From the NCBI GenBank assembly GCA_965215365.1, contig CBDCDS010000003.1, positions 1,888,001 to 1,952,000 on the forward strand: a stretch of DNA of 64,000 bases. Reading direction: 5' to 3'. Under the pieces are notes generated by a model that saw only the letters and a program-made list of their open reading frames with translations, was not told the DNA's origin and did not search any database. The position numbers and the translations under genes are program-made. Shown here one piece after another: positions 1-9,980 of the stretch (within the stretch, counting starts at the first letter, position 1; the number at the start of each line of letters is the position of its first letter). Origin of the DNA: Gammaproteobacteria bacterium. GTDB taxonomy: Bacteria > Pseudomonadota > Gammaproteobacteria > Eutrophobiales > Eutrophobiaceae.

Positions 1-899
1 AACGCAGAAGGCGGCCCGCTATCAGCAAGAAGATAGACCCCGCGTCTGGCGCGGGTGATAGCGACATACAGCAGGCGCCGTTCCTCGGCATTCGGGTGTT
101 TCTCGGGTGCTGCAAGAACTAGATCAAGGACAGGGTCATCAGTAAATTCTGAAGGAAAACCATACTTCCCGGAGCACAAATCCAGTACTACAACGTAGTC
201 GGCTTCAAGACCTTTTGAACGATGCACGGTCATGTAGGCAAGCTCAAGATCAGTAAACTCCCTCCTCAATTGTTCAAAGTTCTGAGGCTTTGATCGCCAG
301 TACCGACCTAATAAAAAGACAGTGGATTGATTGCCATGCTCCGCTTCATCTGCGGCAATTTTATTTAGTGATTCCTTTAGCAGGTCTGGGCAATCCTCGG
401 CGGATAAGCCGATATGCACACCAGGTTTATTGGCCTCGTGTACAGTGGACACATTTTTACGAATTTGTGACGGGTTTTTAAGAACGAACTCCGCTGCAAT
501 GTTGGCGATGCGATTTGAACACCGGAATGTTGTCTCCAGATTGATGCGTTCACTTTCACCAAAGCGCTCTTGAAACTCTCGCATAATTGCGATGTCCGAA
601 CCGGTAAATCGGTAAATCGCCTGCCAGTCATCACCGACAGCGAATAACTGTGCGGTTTCTGACGTCTCCAGTAATGCTTTCAACAGCCGTGCCCTTCCTG
701 GAGAAATATCCTGGAACTCGTCGACTAGAATGTAGCCATACGGGGAACGGTAGCGTCCTTTTTCCACATGTTCCGTCGCTTTACTGATCATGCCGTTGAA
801 ATCAATCTGCTCTTGTTTGTTCAGAAGAGCTTCATAGCGCTCGAAGATCGGCTTGAATACCGTAATAAAGGCCTCGGCGATATCTCTATTGCCCTCCAA
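1..899 (-). pseudogene. UvrD/HelD-like superfamily 1 DNA helicase, C-terminal part only (5'-truncated; runs off window edge)
   Basis: Own translation from TTG 899: ...YGYILVDEFQDIS...FAVGDDWQAIYRFTGS...TFRC...MTVHRSKGLEADYV...EERRLLYVAITRAR (SF1 motifs II-VI). No Walker A; in-frame TGA at 911-909 upstream. Confidence 0.8.
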
Positions 900-903
900 G
901 TGG

Positions 904-2007
904 TTATTTCAAAATCGTCAGAAATATCCCGGCGGCGATGACGGTGCCGATTACGCCGGCAACGTTGGGGCCCATGGCGAACATGAGGAGGTAGTTGCGT
1001 TTATCGGCCTGGGCGCCCATTTTTTGTACCACCCGTGCGGCCATGGGTACGGCTGAGACGCCGGCGGCGCCGACTAAGGGGTTGATTTTATTGGCGGTGA
1101 ACAAGTTCATCAGCTTTGCCAGCAGGATGCCGCTGGCGGTGCTGACCATGAACGCGAACAGGCCCAGGAAGAAGATGATAATGACGTCGGTGTGCAGGAA
1201 GCGGGCGGCGCTCATGGTGGCGCCGACGCTGAGTCCGAGGAAGATGGTGGCAATGTTCATCAGGGCGTTTTGTGCGGCATCGGTGAGGCGCTCGACCACC
1301 CCGGACTCGCGGAACAGGTTGCCGAGCATGAACATGGACACCAGCGGGGCTGACGCCGGCACCATCAGTATAATCACCAGCGCCGCCATGATGGGAAACA
1401 GCAGTTTCTCCCGGGCGCCGACCTTGCGGCCTTTTTTCATGCAGATCCGGCGCTCGTTGTCCGTGGTCAGCAGGCGCATGATGGGCGGCTGGATCACCGG
1501 CACCAGTGCCATGTAGGAGTAGGCCGCCACTGCGCATGCGCCCAGCAGGTGCGGCGCCAGTTGCGCCGCCAGGAAAATGGTAGTAGGTCCGTCGGCGCCG
1601 CCGATAATGCCGATGACGGCGGCGTCCTGCACCTCGAAGCCCAGCCAGCAGGCGGCGAAGAAGGTCAGGTAAACACCGACCTGCGCCCCGGCGCCCAAGA
1701 AGATGAGCCGCGGCTGCGCCAGCAACGGCCCGAAATCGGTCAGCGCGCCCAGGCCCAGGAAGATCAGCGGCGGGATGATGCGCCATTCGATGCCATGGTG
1801 GTAAAAGCGCCAGAGCAGGCCGTCACCGGGCTCCATCAACCCGGTCAGGGGCAGGTTGGCGAGCAGGATGCCGAAGCCGATAGGCAGCAACAGCAGGGGT
1901 TCATACTTTTTTGTGATAGCCAGATAGATCAACCCCAGGCCGATCAGCCACATCGGCAACAGGCCAGGCGTGACGGCGAAAATGCCCATGTTTTCTACAA
2001 ACGCCAC
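904..2007 (-). CDS. gcdB: Na+-translocating decarboxylase beta subunit (GcdB/OadB family)
   Basis: YEPLLLLPIGFG, IGIIGGADGPT, GAAGVSAVPMAARV, MGPNVAGVIG motifs; very hydrophobic. Start GTG 2007 or ATG 1989. Confidence 0.93.
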   Translation of the reverse strand: MAFVENMGIFAVTPGLLPMWLIGLGLIYLAITKKYEPLLLLPIGFGILLANLPLTGLMEPGDGLLWRFYHHGIEWRIIPPLIFLGLGALTDFGPLLAQPRLIFLGAGAQVGVYLTFFAACWLGFEVQDAAVIGIIGGADGPTTIFLAAQLAPHLLGACAVAAYSYMALVPVIQPPIMRLLTTDNERRICMKKGRKVGAREKLLFPIMAALVIILMVPASAPLVSMFMLGNLFRESGVVERLTDAAQNALMNIATIFLGLSVGATMSAARFLHTDVIIIFFLGLFAFMVSTASGILLAKLMNLFTANKINPLVGAAGVSAVPMAARVVQKMGAQADKRNYLLMFAMGPNVAGVIGTVIAAGIFLTILK

Positions 2008-2017
2008 CGGTACTTTC

Positions 2018-2146
2018 TCAATCTGACAACTGGTCTTCTTGCTTGTCGGGAACCAGCGCCAGCAGCCGGATGGCAAGGTACAGCATCGCCATACCGGCGA
2101 ACACACCGCCGATGCCGTTCAGGAAGACTTCCAGGGCTTGCCCCAT
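2018..2146 (-). CDS. Small membrane subunit of Na+ decarboxylase (GcdD/OadG-like), 42 aa
   Basis: Below ORF-track cutoff: MGQALEVFLNGIGGVFAGMAMLYLAIRLLALVPDKQEDQLSD*; single TM helix, fills the gap between gcdA and gcdB. Confidence 0.75.
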   Translation of the reverse strand: MGQALEVFLNGIGGVFAGMAMLYLAIRLLALVPDKQEDQLSD

Positions 2147-2150
2147 AGCG

Positions 2151-3884
2151 TCAGCCCCTGATAATCCTAGGCAATATCAGCTGGTGTCGGGGGCAGATAG
2201 CGCGCGGGTTCTGGTAAGCCGCGCCGGTAAACGCAGTGAGGTAGTTCCTGAGTTGCGCCAGCTCCACAATCTCGTCAACCAGACCGTGACGGGCGCAATA
2301 CTCCGGCCTGGAATGCTCGCGGTACTGCTGCACCAGCGTGTTCATTTTGGCGGCGACCCCATCTAAGGGTTTGCCGGCATCCTGTTCCTTGACTGCGCGC
2401 CGGGCGTACATGGCTACCGCCGCAGTCTCGCCGTGCATCACCGCGATCTCTGTTGCCGCCGTGCCCAGGGTGAAGGCATTGTGGCGATTGGCGGTCGGCC
2501 CGCCCATCAGGTAATGGGCGGCGGCCGTACCCTTGCGCAGCGTCACCAGCAGCATGGGCACATCGGTGTGCTGGATGGAGTAGATCAGCGACTGGCCCAG
2601 CCCCAACAGTTCGGCCTTCTCCGCCAGCTCGCCCACATCAATGCCGGAGGTGTCCTGAAACCAGATCACCGGGATGCGGTCGCGCCCGCAGTGGGTGACA
2701 AACTCGTTCATCTTGATTAAGCCCTGGCGATACAGTTTCCCGCCCATACCGGGGTAGTCGGCATATTCCGGGTAGCCCTTGCCCAGATAGCCGGAACGGT
2801 TGCCGATACAACCGACCGGCAAACCGTCCAGTTTGCACAAGCCGGTATAGACTTCCGGCCCGTAGTCCGGCCGAAACTCCAGGTGTTCGCTGGCGTCCAC
2901 CACCCGGGCCAGTATCTCATCGAAGGCATAGACTTCCTTCGGGTTGTGCGGCAGCAGGGAGTATAAGTCCTCAATGGGATACACTGGCTCGGCGGGTTCG
3001 GTTACCCGGAAAAACTTGGGCTGGTAGGCGGGGATAGCTTCCATGTATTCCCGGATGCCGTCCAGCACGCCGGTCTCCTCAGCGTACACCTCGGTAAAAA
3101 AACCGGTCTCAGCGTAGTGTGTCTCAACCCGGCCCGGCGGTTTAGCACTGAAGCTACGGGTCTTTTCCACCAGATCTTCCAGTAACTCGGCGCTGAAACC
3201 ACCTTGCGGTGACATGCCCGAGACGATGCCGACGCCGCCCACGGCGATATTGGCGTCTTTGTGCGCCAGTAAAATGGTGGGGCTGATGCCCTGGTAACCG
3301 CCACCGGCGGGATTCGTGCCATAAATGCCGGCCAGTACCGGGATGCCCAGCTGGTTTAACTCTGCATGACGGTAAAACGGTGTGCCCGACCCGCGCCGGT
3401 TGGCGTAGAATTTTTCCTGCTCGTCCAGCTTCACGCCGCTGCAGTTGACCAGCCAGATGAGCGGTATCTGCAGGCACTTGGCCAGATCCGTCACGCGCAG
3501 GATGTTCTCCGACTGCCCCGGCAACCAGGCCCCGGCCAGCACCTTGTTGTCAAAACCGATGACTACGGCCCAGCGCCCCGCCACCCGGGCCAGCCCGTCC
3601 ACCACGTTGGTGGAGCCATTAGCGTTCTCTGCCGGATTGTACAAGCTGTGCAGGGGGCGCCAGCTGCCCGGGTCAACCAGATACTCTAGGCGCTGCCAGA
3701 CGGTCATGGCGCCACGCTGGTTGATTTGCTGCGTGGAGAAGCCGGCTTGTTCGAGCTCTTCCCGACGCTGTGCGAGCTCGGCCTCGATCTGCTGCAACTG
3801 CTCCATGCTTGCGGCAGCGCGTTTCATGCGGCCTGACTTCAGTTCCTTGCCGAAGCGTTGCATGTTGTCAAAATAGGGTTTCAC
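2151..3884 (-). CDS. gcdA: Glutaconyl-CoA decarboxylase alpha subunit (carboxyltransferase)
   Basis: Carboxyltransferase fold motifs: LVNCSGVKL, NRRGSGTPF, GTNPAGGGY, QDTSGIDVG, RKGTAAAHY, MHGETAAVA; adjacent to the beta subunit. Confidence 0.88.
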   Translation of the reverse strand: MKPYFDNMQRFGKELKSGRMKRAAASMEQLQQIEAELAQRREELEQAGFSTQQINQRGAMTVWQRLEYLVDPGSWRPLHSLYNPAENANGSTNVVDGLARVAGRWAVVIGFDNKVLAGAWLPGQSENILRVTDLAKCLQIPLIWLVNCSGVKLDEQEKFYANRRGSGTPFYRHAELNQLGIPVLAGIYGTNPAGGGYQGISPTILLAHKDANIAVGGVGIVSGMSPQGGFSAELLEDLVEKTRSFSAKPPGRVETHYAETGFFTEVYAEETGVLDGIREYMEAIPAYQPKFFRVTEPAEPVYPIEDLYSLLPHNPKEVYAFDEILARVVDASEHLEFRPDYGPEVYTGLCKLDGLPVGCIGNRSGYLGKGYPEYADYPGMGGKLYRQGLIKMNEFVTHCGRDRIPVIWFQDTSGIDVGELAEKAELLGLGQSLIYSIQHTDVPMLLVTLRKGTAAAHYLMGGPTANRHNAFTLGTAATEIAVMHGETAAVAMYARRAVKEQDAGKPLDGVAAKMNTLVQQYREHSRPEYCARHGLVDEIVELAQLRNYLTAFTGAAYQNPRAICPRHQLILPRIIRG

Positions 3885-4009
3885 GGGGGCACGATACCGT
3901 GATTCGAATTCATAAACAACCGCAGCAGGTCATCTCTAAAAATTAGCGGTTCCCAGCAGAAGTTGCGTTATAATTTTACGCTGGCGGCGTAGCAGGTGAC
4001 AGGAGAATC

Positions 4010-5326
4010 ATGATGCAACATTATACCGACGCGCAACTGGCGGCCCTGATCAGGCAGGATGCCGTACATAAGAAAGTCTATACCGACCCGGCCATCTTCG
4101 AGTTGGAGCTGGAGCGTATCTGGAATCGGGCCTGGATTTATGTGGGGCATGACAGCCAGGTTAAACAGCCAGGGGATTATTTCGCCACCAGCATCGGCAA
4201 ACAGCCGGTAGTGATGACCCGGCACCGGGACGGCAAGGTGCAGGTGCTGTTCAATCGTTGCAGTCACAAGGGCGCGCAGGTGGTAGGCGATACCTGCGGC
4301 AACCTGCCACAACTGCGTTGCAGCTACCACGGTTACGTGTTTGACACCGACGGCACCTTGCTCCATGTTCCCGATGCGAAGGGTTATGACGGTGTGGATT
4401 TCGGCAAGGGCAAACCCGGTTCCGACCTGCGCCGGGTGCCCCGGGTGGACAGCTACCATGGCCTGGTATTTGCGAGTCTGGCTGCCGCCGGGCCGGATCT
4501 GAAAACCTGGTTGGGCGGCGCTGCCGCATCCATCGACAATCTGGTCGAACGTTCTCCGCAAGGACGCATTGAAATAGCCGGTGGCTGCTTCCGATATCTG
4601 CATGATTCCAACTGGAAGATGTTCGTGGAAAATCTCAATGATGCCATGCACCCCATGGTAGTGCATCAGTCCTCCAGCGGCACCGCCAAGCGCGTGTTCG
4701 ACGAGCGCTTGCAAGAGGGCGACCCAATGCCGTTTGAGCTGGAGATGCTGGCGCCGTTTACCAATAACTACGACTTTTTTGAAAAAATGGGGCTGACAGC
4801 CTGGAATTACGGGCACAGCGTCACCGGCGGTAAGTTCAGTATCCACTCGGCTTACTCACCGATTCCTGGTTACATGGAAGCCCTGATAGAGAAATACGGG
4901 GAGCAAAAGACCCAGGAAATCCTTGCCGTCAACCGCCACAACACCGTGGTGTATCCCAGTTTTACCCTGAAAGGCGCCATCACTTCGATTCGTGTAGTCA
5001 AGCCCGTGGCGGTGGATAAAACCGTGATCGAATCCTGGGTGTTCCGGCAGGTGGGCGCGCCGGAAGAACTGTTCCGGCGCTCCGTCACTTATTGCAACCT
5101 GATCAACTCTCACGCCAACCTGGTCGGCCCTGATGATTATGAAGCCTATCACCGCCTGCAACATGGCCTGCAAACGCAGGACGGCAATGACTGGGTGAGT
5201 CAGCACCGCTACCTGGGACAGGAGCAGGTGGATGCAGACGGCACCCAACACGCGACGGGGACTTCCGACATGGTGTTCCGCCACCAGTTTGGCGCATGGA
5301 AGGATTATATGGTGAACGCAGCATGA
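4010..5326 (+). CDS. Rieske aromatic ring-hydroxylating oxygenase alpha subunit
   Basis: NRCSHKG...CSYHG Rieske ligands; NWKMFVEN.NDAMHPMVVH mononuclear iron site. Confidence 0.93.
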   Translation: MMQHYTDAQLAALIRQDAVHKKVYTDPAIFELELERIWNRAWIYVGHDSQVKQPGDYFATSIGKQPVVMTRHRDGKVQVLFNRCSHKGAQVVGDTCGNLPQLRCSYHGYVFDTDGTLLHVPDAKGYDGVDFGKGKPGSDLRRVPRVDSYHGLVFASLAAAGPDLKTWLGGAAASIDNLVERSPQGRIEIAGGCFRYLHDSNWKMFVENLNDAMHPMVVHQSSSGTAKRVFDERLQEGDPMPFELEMLAPFTNNYDFFEKMGLTAWNYGHSVTGGKFSIHSAYSPIPGYMEALIEKYGEQKTQEILAVNRHNTVVYPSFTLKGAITSIRVVKPVAVDKTVIESWVFRQVGAPEELFRRSVTYCNLINSHANLVGPDDYEAYHRLQHGLQTQDGNDWVSQHRYLGQEQVDADGTQHATGTSDMVFRHQFGAWKDYMVNAA

Positions 5327-5820
5327 AAAATTCATCGAAGAATCCGAAGGAGCTGAATGATATACAACAGTTTCTATACCATGAGGCGCGCCTGCTCGAT
5401 GAACAACGCTGGGAGGAATGGAACGACCTGTATCTGGAAGATGCCGAGTACTGGGTGCCGGCCGCGCCGGACCAGCCAGACCCGCAAAACCATGTTTCGC
5501 TGATCTACGAGACCGGGCTGCTGCGCGCCGTGCGAGTGAAACGCTACCGGCACCCGAATGCGTTTTCCCTGCAACCCAAGCCGCGCAGCGTGCATCTGCT
5601 GAGCAACGTGATGCTTGATAGTGTTGATAAAAACATTTCGGAATACTGCGTCAACTCGCGCTTCATTATGTTGCAATACCGGCGCGAGCAACAAGACGTA
5701 TTTGCCGGAACCTGCCGGCACCGCCTGCGCCTCGTCGAGGAAGGCTTCAAAATCGCGGCCAAGCGCGTAGACCTGCTCAACTGCGACGCACCGCTGGAAA
5801 GTATTCTGATTTACCTGTGA
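5323..5820 (+). CDS. Ring-hydroxylating oxygenase beta subunit
   Basis: QFLYHEARLLDE..WEEW...YWVP...KRVDLLNCD; ATGA overlap with the alpha gene. Confidence 0.9.
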   Translation: MKNSSKNPKELNDIQQFLYHEARLLDEQRWEEWNDLYLEDAEYWVPAAPDQPDPQNHVSLIYETGLLRAVRVKRYRHPNAFSLQPKPRSVHLLSNVMLDSVDKNISEYCVNSRFIMLQYRREQQDVFAGTCRHRLRLVEEGFKIAAKRVDLLNCDAPLESILIYL

Positions 5821-5821
5821 G

Positions 5822-7456
5822 ATGACTACCGTATATCAGGAATTTCTGCAAACAGAGCATAAAGTCTCTTCCCGGCCCTTTCTGCATATTCCGCGTCAGG
5901 CCACTGCGGGTTATCAGGACGGGCCGATTGATTACACCTATACCCAGGCCTTGCAGGTCGTCGATGACTTGAGCAGGCAATATGTCGAGGCCGGTTACGG
6001 GTGCGGGATGCGTGTGGCGGTGATGCTGGATAACCGCGCCGGTTTTTTTCTGCATTTCCTGGCGCTGAACAAACTGGGTGTGAGCGTGGTGCCGGTCAAT
6101 TCCGGTTTCCCGCCGCGAGAAATCGCCTATATCATCAACCACAGCGACGCCGGTCTGGTTCTATGCCTGCCTTGTTACCGGGAGCGGGTACGTAAGGCTC
6201 TCGCCGGAACGGACATGAGTATTCCCGTCGTCGATACCGAGGCAATGCTTGAACTGCCGCCATGCCGCAACACGGCCGATCCGGGCGCGCCGGACCGGTA
6301 CACCGAGGTGGCGGTGTTATATACCTCCGGCACGACCGGCACGCCCAAGGGCTGCATGTTGAACAACGAATATTTTACCTGTATGGGTGAGTGGTACACG
6401 CATATCGACGGCTATTGCCAACTGACCTATGGGCAGGAGCGCCTGCTGACGCCGCTGCCACTGGTGCACATGAACGCGCTGTGCTCCATGATGGCGATGA
6501 TTATGAGTGGCGGCTGCATCATCCAGCTGGATCGCTTCCATGCCTCGATCTGGTGGGAAACAGTGCGTGCGTCGCAAGCCACCTGCCTGCATTATCTGGG
6601 CGTAATTCCGGCCATCCTGCTGAACCAGCCTGAACGCGAGTGCGATAACGTCGGCGCCCAGGTGAAGTTTGGTTTCGGCGCCGGGGTTGACCCAAAACAC
6701 TTGCCGCGTTTCGAGGAGCGCTTCGGGTTTCCGCTGGTGGAAGGCTGGGCCATGACTGAAACCGGCACTTATGTATGTATTACCGCCAACAAGGAACCGC
6801 GTCATATCGGCACCCGCTGTATCGGCCGGGCGCCGGATGTGATCGACTACCGGCTGGTGGATGAGCAGGGTCATGACGTTGCCGCCGGCGTACCGGGCGA
6901 GTTGCTGGTCCGCGCCCGAGGCGATAATCCGCGCAAGGGCTTCTTCTCCGGCTACTACAAGAACCCGGAAGCAACGGCCAGGGTCTGGGAAGGCGGCTAT
7001 TTTCACACCGGCGATGTAATGCGTATCAGCGCCGACGGCTCGTTTCATTTCGTTGACCGGCGCAAGAATATCATCCGCCGCAGTGGCGAGAACATTGCTG
7101 CGGTGGAGGTGGAAAATGTGCTGTTTCAACATCCTGCGGTAGCCCACTGCGCGGTAACGCCCATCTATGACGAGACCCGAGGCGAAGAAGTGGGCGTATG
7201 CGCCATCCTGAGCGATGCGGTGACGGGGCACGACGCCGGAGCGGCTATGGCCGCAACCCTGTTCGAGTTCTGTGCGCAACAGCTGGTTTACTACAAAGTG
7301 CCGGCCTGGTACCTGTTCGTCGCGGAATTACCCATGACCGCCTCACAGAAATTACAGCGGGGTGAGATCAAAACGCTGGCCAGCAGATTGGTAGAGGAGG
7401 GCAACGGGATCGATCTCAGGGCGCGCAAACGCAGGCACAGACATGTTGCCGTATAA
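5822..7456 (+). CDS. AMP-dependent acyl-CoA ligase (CaiC-like)
   Basis: LYTSGTTGTPKG, GWAMTET, FHTGD, RRSGENI, SQK motifs. Confidence 0.92.
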   Translation: MTTVYQEFLQTEHKVSSRPFLHIPRQATAGYQDGPIDYTYTQALQVVDDLSRQYVEAGYGCGMRVAVMLDNRAGFFLHFLALNKLGVSVVPVNSGFPPREIAYIINHSDAGLVLCLPCYRERVRKALAGTDMSIPVVDTEAMLELPPCRNTADPGAPDRYTEVAVLYTSGTTGTPKGCMLNNEYFTCMGEWYTHIDGYCQLTYGQERLLTPLPLVHMNALCSMMAMIMSGGCIIQLDRFHASIWWETVRASQATCLHYLGVIPAILLNQPERECDNVGAQVKFGFGAGVDPKHLPRFEERFGFPLVEGWAMTETGTYVCITANKEPRHIGTRCIGRAPDVIDYRLVDEQGHDVAAGVPGELLVRARGDNPRKGFFSGYYKNPEATARVWEGGYFHTGDVMRISADGSFHFVDRRKNIIRRSGENIAAVEVENVLFQHPAVAHCAVTPIYDETRGEEVGVCAILSDAVTGHDAGAAMAATLFEFCAQQLVYYKVPAWYLFVAELPMTASQKLQRGEIKTLASRLVEEGNGIDLRARKRRHRHVAV

Positions 7457-8609
7457 GGATGTGGCGCTGGTTGCCGCGACCAGTCTGCCCTACCTGAAAC
7501 GCAGCGAGCATAGCGCGGCCTGGTTCATCGGCATGGCGTTTGCCCGGATGCTGAAACAGGCTGGTTTGCGGAAACATCAGGTGGATGGTCTGGCTATTGC
7601 CAGCTTCACCCTGGCGCCGGACAGCGTAGTGAGCATGACCGAGTACCTAGACCTCTCGCCGCGCTGGCTGGAACAGCTACCCATGGGCGGCGCCAGCGGC
7701 CCGGTCGCGGCCCGGCGCGCAGCCCGCGCGGTGCAGGCCGGCGATGCTGATATTGTCGCCTGCATTGGCGCTGATACGGCCACGGCCGCTACCTTCACCC
7801 ACCTGATACAGAATTTCAGCCGCTTTTCCACGGATGCCGTCTATCCTTACGGTGCCGGCGGGCCGAACACGGTGTTCGCCATGATAACCCGTCATTACAT
7901 GGAGCAGTTCGGCGCGCAGCGGGAAGACTTTGGTCGTATCTGTGTGGCCCAGCGCGAGAACGCCCTGGCTGCGGGTCGGGCGATTTTCAATAAGCCGCTG
8001 ACCCTGGCCGGCTATCTCGAAGCGCGCCCCATCAGTGAGCCGCTGCACCTGTACGACTGCGTCATGCCGGTCGCTGGCGCGGACGGTTTTCTGGTGATGA
8101 CCGTGGCGCGAGCGGAGGCCCTGGAGCTGCCTTACGCCAGATTGCTGGCCGCTGGGGAGCGACATAATGCCTGGGCTGAGGACCCGGTTCAGGTGCGCGG
8201 CGGTTGGAGCTGTTATCGGGATGAATTGTACGAACAGGCCGGGCTGGGGCCCGCCGACATCGACTTGTTGCAGACCTATGACGATTATCCGGTCATTGCC
8301 ATGATCCAGATGGAAGATCTGGGCTTTTGTGAAAAAGGCGCGGGGCCGGAATTTGTGCGCTCGCAAACACTGACCTGGAATGGTGGCGGGTTGTCGCACA
8401 ACACCTGCGGCGGGCAGTTGTCTGCCGGGCAGGCCGGCGCTGCCGGCGGCTTTCTTGGCGCGGTCGAGGCCATCCGCCAGCTGACCGAAACAGGTTTGCC
8501 CAACCAGGTGGCCGAGGCGAACACCGGCCTGGTAAGCGGCTACGGCATGGTGAACTATGACCGTTGCCTGTGCACCAGTGCCATGATCCTGGGGCGGGGG
8601 AATCAATGA
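7443..8609 (+). CDS. Thiolase-family protein (SCP2-thiolase/aldolase-like)
   Basis: YDCVMPVAGADG, QTYDDY, NTCGGQLSAG; paired with a downstream OB-fold protein. Confidence 0.88.
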   Translation: MLPYKDVALVAATSLPYLKRSEHSAAWFIGMAFARMLKQAGLRKHQVDGLAIASFTLAPDSVVSMTEYLDLSPRWLEQLPMGGASGPVAARRAARAVQAGDADIVACIGADTATAATFTHLIQNFSRFSTDAVYPYGAGGPNTVFAMITRHYMEQFGAQREDFGRICVAQRENALAAGRAIFNKPLTLAGYLEARPISEPLHLYDCVMPVAGADGFLVMTVARAEALELPYARLLAAGERHNAWAEDPVQVRGGWSCYRDELYEQAGLGPADIDLLQTYDDYPVIAMIQMEDLGFCEKGAGPEFVRSQTLTWNGGGLSHNTCGGQLSAGQAGAAGGFLGAVEAIRQLTETGLPNQVAEANTGLVSGYGMVNYDRCLCTSAMILGRGNQ

Positions 8610-8682
8610 ATAATACTGACAGGTCCGCTTTGTTATCTGTCCTGTTCCAGAGCCATGCCGTAATTCCGGGGCGTAGCAGTCA

Positions 8683-9102
8683 ATGAGCGTGACGGTAACA
8701 CCTCCGGCCGCGCGTTCCCGGCTGTGGCAGAATATCAATCAGGCGGCTGCCGAGGGTTTGTTCAAGCTACCGGTATGCGGCAGCTGCCGGCAGGCGCAAT
8801 ACCCGCCGCAGGAATTTTGCAGCAGCTGCCTTGCCGGCGACCTGTGCTGGCAAGAGGTCAGCCCGCTCGGTGCCGTGCTATCCTGGACCAGGTTGCGGGC
8901 CAGCAACCACCCTTATTTCAAGGACCAGCTGCCCCTGCATACAGGGTTGGTAAAACTTGATTGCGGGCCGGTGATGGTGGTCTATCTGGCCGAGTCGTGT
9001 TTGCAGACGGGGACAAGGGTGCAGGTCACGGGTACGCCTGATGCTTCCGGTCAGGTTGTGTTCGTGGCGGCACAGCCGCAGGCCGGGTTCAATGATCGGT
9101 GA
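8683..9102 (+). CDS. Zn-ribbon/OB-fold (DUF35/ChsH2-like) thiolase partner
   Basis: CGSC...YPP..FCSSC Zn ribbon followed by an OB-fold. Confidence 0.85.
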   Translation: MSVTVTPPAARSRLWQNINQAAAEGLFKLPVCGSCRQAQYPPQEFCSSCLAGDLCWQEVSPLGAVLSWTRLRASNHPYFKDQLPLHTGLVKLDCGPVMVVYLAESCLQTGTRVQVTGTPDASGQVVFVAAQPQAGFNDR

Positions 9103-9128
9103 AAATACATATAATACGGAGATAAAAC

Positions 9129-9851
9129 ATGACTAAAATCGCAGTAGTCACCGGCGGTAACCGTGGTATCGGCGCGGATATTACCCGGCGCTTTCTGGAC
9201 GGTGGCTATCAGGTCGTCAACATTTCCCGGCAGGCACCCGAGTTGATCCATGAACGTCTGGTCAATTATACGGCAGACTTAGCGGACCTGCAGGCCACGC
9301 AACAGGTGGGCAGCGAAATTGCTCAGCACTACGCAGTGACACACTTCGTGCACAACGCTGGCGTCATCCGTCCCGACCTGCTCGAAGACGTGAAGCTCGA
9401 AGACCTTGACTACCTGACGCAACTGCACCTCGGCAGCGCCATCACCTTGGCACAGCAATTCATTCCGGCCATGCGCGCGGCGCAGTACGGACGTATTATC
9501 CTGATTTCCTCACGCGGCGTGCTGGGGCTGGTCACCCGCACCAACTACGCCGCCACCAAGTGCGGACAGATCGGCCTCACCCGCACCTGGGCGCTGGAGC
9601 TGGCCAAAGACGGTATCACCGTGAACTGTGTCGCGCCGGGCCCCATCGTCACCGACATGTTCCACGAACTGGCGCCGGAAGAAAGTGAGCAGAAAGATCG
9701 GATTGCCCAAAGCGTTCCGGTGCAACGCCTGGGCACACCGGCAGACATCGGGCGAGTGGTGAAATTCCTGTGCGAACAAGACAGCGGCTTCATCACCGGC
9801 CAGACCTGGTACATCTGCGGCGGCGCCAGCCTGGGCGCGCTGGCGCTGTAG
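9129..9851 (+). CDS. Short-chain dehydrogenase/reductase (FabG-like)
   Basis: TGGNRGIG, HNAG, YAATK, VNCVAPG, FITGQ. Confidence 0.93.
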   Translation: MTKIAVVTGGNRGIGADITRRFLDGGYQVVNISRQAPELIHERLVNYTADLADLQATQQVGSEIAQHYAVTHFVHNAGVIRPDLLEDVKLEDLDYLTQLHLGSAITLAQQFIPAMRAAQYGRIILISSRGVLGLVTRTNYAATKCGQIGLTRTWALELAKDGITVNCVAPGPIVTDMFHELAPEESEQKDRIAQSVPVQRLGTPADIGRVVKFLCEQDSGFITGQTWYICGGASLGALAL

Positions 9852-9980
9852 ATGTCTCACTCATGCTACGCGGTTGATGCGTTTGAAATTGGCAAAGGCT
9901 GTGCAATCTGAATAGAGATCTCGGGCAGGTCATGGGTGTTTTGATAAAGTTATCACCGAATAGGTGGAAACCACTTTGAT

